Origin: Takakia lepidozioides
Taxonomy: Eukaryota > Plantae > Bryophyta
Assembly: GCA_030704615.1 (NCBI GenBank)
Contig: CM060732.1
Location: 6,076,001-6,140,000, forward strand
Length of the DNA: 64,000 nucleotides
Reading direction: 5' to 3'
Below the pieces are notes generated by a model that did not search any database, was not told the origin of the DNA, and worked only from the letters and a program-made list of their open reading frames with translations. Shown here one piece after another: positions 59,600 to 64,000 of this stretch; within the stretch, counting starts at the first letter, position 1; the number at the start of each line of letters is the position of its first letter. Made by a program: the position numbers and the translations under genes.

Positions 59600-62290
59600 A
59601 AAGAAGGGCCGGCGTATGATTCCTTAATGTTAGATAAGGGTGTAGCGCTTTACCAGCTTTGGAGTTGTTCGACACTGCTGCCCAGTTTGCTCATTTATCT
59701 GCTGTTCTGGAGGTTGTTGCGCATGCTGTTGTGCCACTTCGTCTGGAATGCCAGGGGGAGATCCTTTCTCCACAAGAGATATTGCTTCTGTCTCGTCGAT
59801 ATGTTGTTGCGACATCAATTGCAGCACTTGTGCAGCAGATGTGCTGCGTGTCTGGATTGGTTGTGGATTGAGGTTGATTTCCGGCCTACATGATTGTCCT
59901 CCAACAACTAAACCCTGAGAATCTGAAGGTGTTGCCACCTGTAGTTCGGTCTCACTTTTCCGCCCTACCTCTGAGGGTGACTCCTTTGAATCTGTGAGGT
60001 GCACCTATAATACACAATCTCAGCTGTAAGGCTTAACAAATATTTGCCAACGATGGGCTTAAAAAAGATAAGTGGTAAAACCCCCGACAAGATAATATTT
60101 TGCAATGTGTACAAATTGTACTCATAAATAACAATCTATCTTATCAATGTGGCTCCTGATTAGAGATCTCACGTACTTCAGTAACTGGCGTTACAGCATT
60201 ATCTGCATGAGCCACTCCATGGCTTGTAGAGGACCCTTCCCTCCGCCTCTTCAATGGCATGGGAGATCGAAATTCCACAGGACCATCTCTGTCTGCTGGA
60301 GTAAAACCCTCACCGGCCACTTGCCCAAAATCAATGTCTTCATCCTCATTGTTGTCCTCTATGACAATAAATTCCTTTGGGGTGGAGGACAATGCTAGTG
60401 GCCCGGCCTCCTCTACAGTATCTTGAGTAACAGCACCTGGCATAGAAAACAGAACCAGAGGAAGACCAGTTGGCGTAGGTGGGATCGTATTGCCAACAAT
60501 GCTGTCAAAACCCATGTTCAAATCGGTGCTCAACTGCCTTAACGGATACATCCAGGTCCCCTCGTTAAGCCTGCCATGAGCCCCTATTTCTTCTAGATCT
60601 CCTTGAGCTAGAGCGCCACCACTCCAACCGTTATGAACATCGATCAGTCTAGCTCGGGTGGCACTACCTTCTGTAACTTGAGGTGAGGTGCTCCTAGCTT
60701 GGACCTCGAGAGCCTTTGTCTCACCACCGTCATCACTATCCTCGGCTCCGGAGTCGCTAGAGTCACTCGTATTGTAGCTAGCAACCAACTCCCTACCACC
60801 CTCCTCTGGTGGGTTGTGCACGCCATGCTGACTCCCAACGGAGCTCGGTTCCCCTTCGAGTGGACCCATCTCTTTGTCATGTACCAATAAGTGTCGGAAC
60901 TTGGCTTCAACCCTCTGTCTACAGAGGTATTTCCGGTCGTTGAGGTTGAAGTCAGCGACGCGAACTTGAAGGGCCTGAGGGATAAACACAACTTATTAAT
61001 GTGTGAGCATAAAACAAGCAAATATCATAAATCGAACAAGATGACTCTCTAGTAACTTCGGACCAGGGTCCGAACTGGTGAATACTAAAAAATTAAGCTG
61101 AAGTGAGGAATGGCGTACAATGGATGGGGAAGCAAATAGTGAGCTCTTAGGGATATTGCAACAATATATGCAAATTATGGCCATGAATCTTACGTGGAGA
61201 TGGCAAGAAAGTGCAAGACCCCCAAAAATATTGACAGCTGCCATTCCAGTCGTACAGAACAAAGAGGCAATGTAAGCAGAAGCGGAACTTCTCAGCTCTT
61301 GAGGATACGTCTTCAAACTCAGCTCAAAATCTGTCATGGCCTCATCTGTACCCCTCAATATGGTCTGAATGGGTGTGGTTCTTAGGCACCGCACAATATG
61401 CTCCTCTGGTCGCTCAAACTCGGTGGGTGTGACAGGAAACACATAGTCTAAACAGAGGAAAGGGTTGGACAATCCAAAGGAACAGAACTTGTAACCCAGC
61501 TCCTCCGCACCAAGGAAATATAACCCTTGAACACAAAGAAATCTCTTGGCTCCCTCTCCACTCCTAATGTAGTATCTGAGATGGGCGGAAGATGTTGGGT
61601 TTGACATGAATACAAAGGCAGTGCAATTAATTGGCTTGGATTTAAATGCGTTTAGGATTGTTGAGTAATCCATGGTAGACCAGACCACGGAATCGCCCTC
61701 CTCAAGAGTGTTCACGAAGACAAGGCTTACGCTTGAAAACTCATCCTTGTGGAGATATGAGAGTTTTGCCTTGAGGTCACTTGCTTTCTCCTCGACACCC
61801 TGCATGAAATAAACCTTCTTAAAATTTGTCCTCATTGCATTTTGTTCTCCCATCATTCTCCTCAATGCTCTTCTTCAAAGCCTTAACCTCCATTATAAAT
61901 GCTCCGGGAATGTCCTTTCGAAGCTTGTTCTTATGTCCTTTGCTAGAGAGATAATCCGACCCAAGCTTCCCTCGGAGTAAATCAAACTGTACTTTGTCAA
62001 TCTTGTATTTCTTTTTAACGTCAAGCCACAACTCTCTAGCATAAGGATTGGGATTAATTTTTGTTCTTAAAGGAAATCTGAAGACTGTCATGATGTCGTC
62101 GATCACAAACCTCATGTCCTTCATATGCGCCATATAACTCACTAGCTCTGGATTGAAGGGTCTTTCCCTTTGTATGGACATTTGACAGTCAGCTGACAAC
62201 TGAGGATCTTCTCGGCCAGCTTGAGAAGCTGCCGCTCGGAGAGCCCCTGAATATTCCTCAGCTGACTCCGGTTAAGTGGTATCTATTCAC
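59600..62290 (-). pseudogene. Spliced multi-exon ORF series of a probable TE-borne gene
   Basis: ORFs 61819-62199, 60996-61865, 60144-60989 and 59630-60004 are co-oriented and separated by short AT-rich intron-like gaps, leading into the FCP1 domains. Confidence 0.5.
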
Positions 62291-62639
62291 CTTTGCAAAG
62301 TTTACCATGTTGGTCAATTAGGTGACCAGCCTCCCATTTTTTGAAAACCGTTTGCCACTTGTATCAAACGTTTTCAGCGACCAAAAGTACTTGAAATTCC
62401 AAATCTCCCACATGAAGGGCCAATCATTGCTCCAGGAAAGCCCGCTTTGCTGTTTTTCCCTAATTTCCAGCGAGCCAAAGTACTTGGAATTCGACATCTC
62501 CCACACTACAGGTCCAAAAATTATGAGACCAAGTCGGTGCACCCCTCCTCATCGAGGGCTTTCCAACGGCACCAAGTCCTGTGTAGCACCCCTGAGAGTC
62601 TGCTCCTCCTTAAGTCTGTACACATCTAACTACTGTTGT

Positions 62640-63465
62640 AAAGCCTCCATGCGCTTCGCATGAGGTTCAACCAAGGCTGCATAGGCAGCAGCCAGATTAT
62701 TGGCTTCCTTCCAAGCCTTGTTAGCCACAAAGAGTTCATTCTTGTGGCCCGTGAGTGATTGCTGCAACTACAGGATGAACCTTTCCTTCTCAACCTCAAC
62801 CTGACCGTACTGTTGGAAAGTATCCTCATTGCGACGGAGAGTAGCCTTCAAATCAGCAATAAGTTTCCCCTGCTCTACTGTCTCAGCCTCTGCCAACATA
62901 CATCTCTCTGCTTGTCTGTTAAAATCTAATGCAGTTTGCTCCAGAGCAGTTGTTAGTGTGGCACATTGTATGGTCATTCTCTGATGAACTGTCTCCAACT
63001 CTGTATGAAGCACCTTCACTTCCTGCAATTTGCCCTCATGCTTCACCTGCAAATTGGTATAGCTGCTGCTTATGCGCTTCATGCAACTTCCCCTGCTCCA
63101 GACCCGCTTCAATCAGATTCCCCTTTGCTAGCTGCAGGGCAGCCTTGATGTCCTCCAATTCTTTCTGCAACTTGAGGTTGGCCTCCACATCCACCTTGTT
63201 TGCACACTCAGTGGCAATTCTAGCCTCAAACTCCTGCTTGAGTTCCTCTCTCAAAGCTGCCAATTGTGTAGATGGAACATGAGACTTCACATATGTGCCC
63301 AACAAATTGAGTGTTCTGCTTATAGAACTCATAAGCATGGCCTGCTGTGGGTCTTCATGGGAACCCTGTTGGTAATCACCCTGATTCTCCACAGTGTGAT
63401 GTTTCACCAACCATTCAAGCCATTTTCCCACAAGATCTTTGTCTTGAACGACCTCATTCTCCACA
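62640..63465 (-). other. Coiled-coil ORF remnants antisense to an adjacent integrase fragment
   Basis: ORFs 63036-63503 and 62768-63112 are E/K/Q/L-rich with heptad character and joined by frameshifts. Confidence 0.4.
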
Positions 63466-63608
63466 GGTGTTGTAGTTCCCCTACTCCGGAGTACAAAAAG
63501 CAAGTGGGGCTGTTACAACCCTTGCTGATTCCAGAGGGGTCTTGGGAAAGTGTCTCGATGGATTTCATGGCTGCTATGCCGCTGTCAAAAGGTTTCAATG
63601 CAATCATG
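63465..63608 (+). mobile_element. Ty3/gypsy integrase fragment
   Basis: YKKQVGLLQPLLIPEGSWESVSMDFMAAMPLSKGFNAIM. Confidence 0.85.
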
Positions 63609-64000
63609 CACTACTACGTTTAGGGGGGGTTAGCGACGCTAGGACCCGAGCGCGCCAGACGCGACGACCCTCCTGCAACTGCTGCGCCGTGTAGGCACCC
63701 GGCCCGAAAATTGCGACGTCGGCGCGTCACCGCCGCGCCGCTCCGGTGACGCTTCGCCAGCTTGCGATTCCGCTACGTCGCTGCAGTTGGGGCATGACCC
63801 GCCAGCAAGCTGGGGGTTGCGACGCCCGGACGTCGCACGTACCCTCTGCGACGCTCCCGCAAGGCTGCGACTCCCGGGAATTGCAACAACACCCCCTCAC
63901 ACTTAGGCGCGTGGGGAGGGCCGAGCCAACTCGTGCTGGGGTTTGCGACGTCCCGACGTCGCAGAAATGCCACAATGGTGACGTTGCGATTCCCCGCAGT
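63609..64000 (+). mobile_element. CACTA (En/Spm) transposon terminus with subterminal repeats
   Basis: Begins CACTACTACGTTT exactly where the integrase stops. Many GCGACG/CGTCGC motifs occur in both orientations. Confidence 0.8.

Overview
Eukaryotic nuclear DNA from a land plant, most likely a non-seed plant with heavy organellar RNA editing. The evidence is spliceosomal introns, Lhca4, Rubisco activase and CSI1 fragments, and amplified PLS-DYW PPR sequences. Only two intact host genes are supported: a 16-exon U-box E4 ligase (UFD2/PUB1-like, 17267-26701, +) and a 3-exon Lhca4 (51556-52888, -). The rest is transposon and pseudogene material. The most notable feature is at the left edge: a Ty3/gypsy-like gag-protease polyprotein (- strand) that continues directly into a C5 cytosine DNA methyltransferase domain (LDLFGG motif I, GWPCQ motif IV, GLRDSRTGLFW) and runs off the window. 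Also present are a poly(A)-tailed chimeric CSI1/Rubisco-activase retrocopy with a twin-priming-type inversion, an L1-like LINE with the same inverted layout, decayed or frameshifted PPR arrays with captured PPR4 and ALWAYS EARLY exons, and a degenerate gypsy pol. Further right are two LTRs of one family flanking Lhca4, a multi-domain TE-like locus with two FCP1/HAD domains and a possible amino-methyltransferase-like fold, and a CACTA end at the right edge. All homology calls come from motif recognition, not database searches. Single-base frameshifts in repetitive regions could be either decay or long-read errors.
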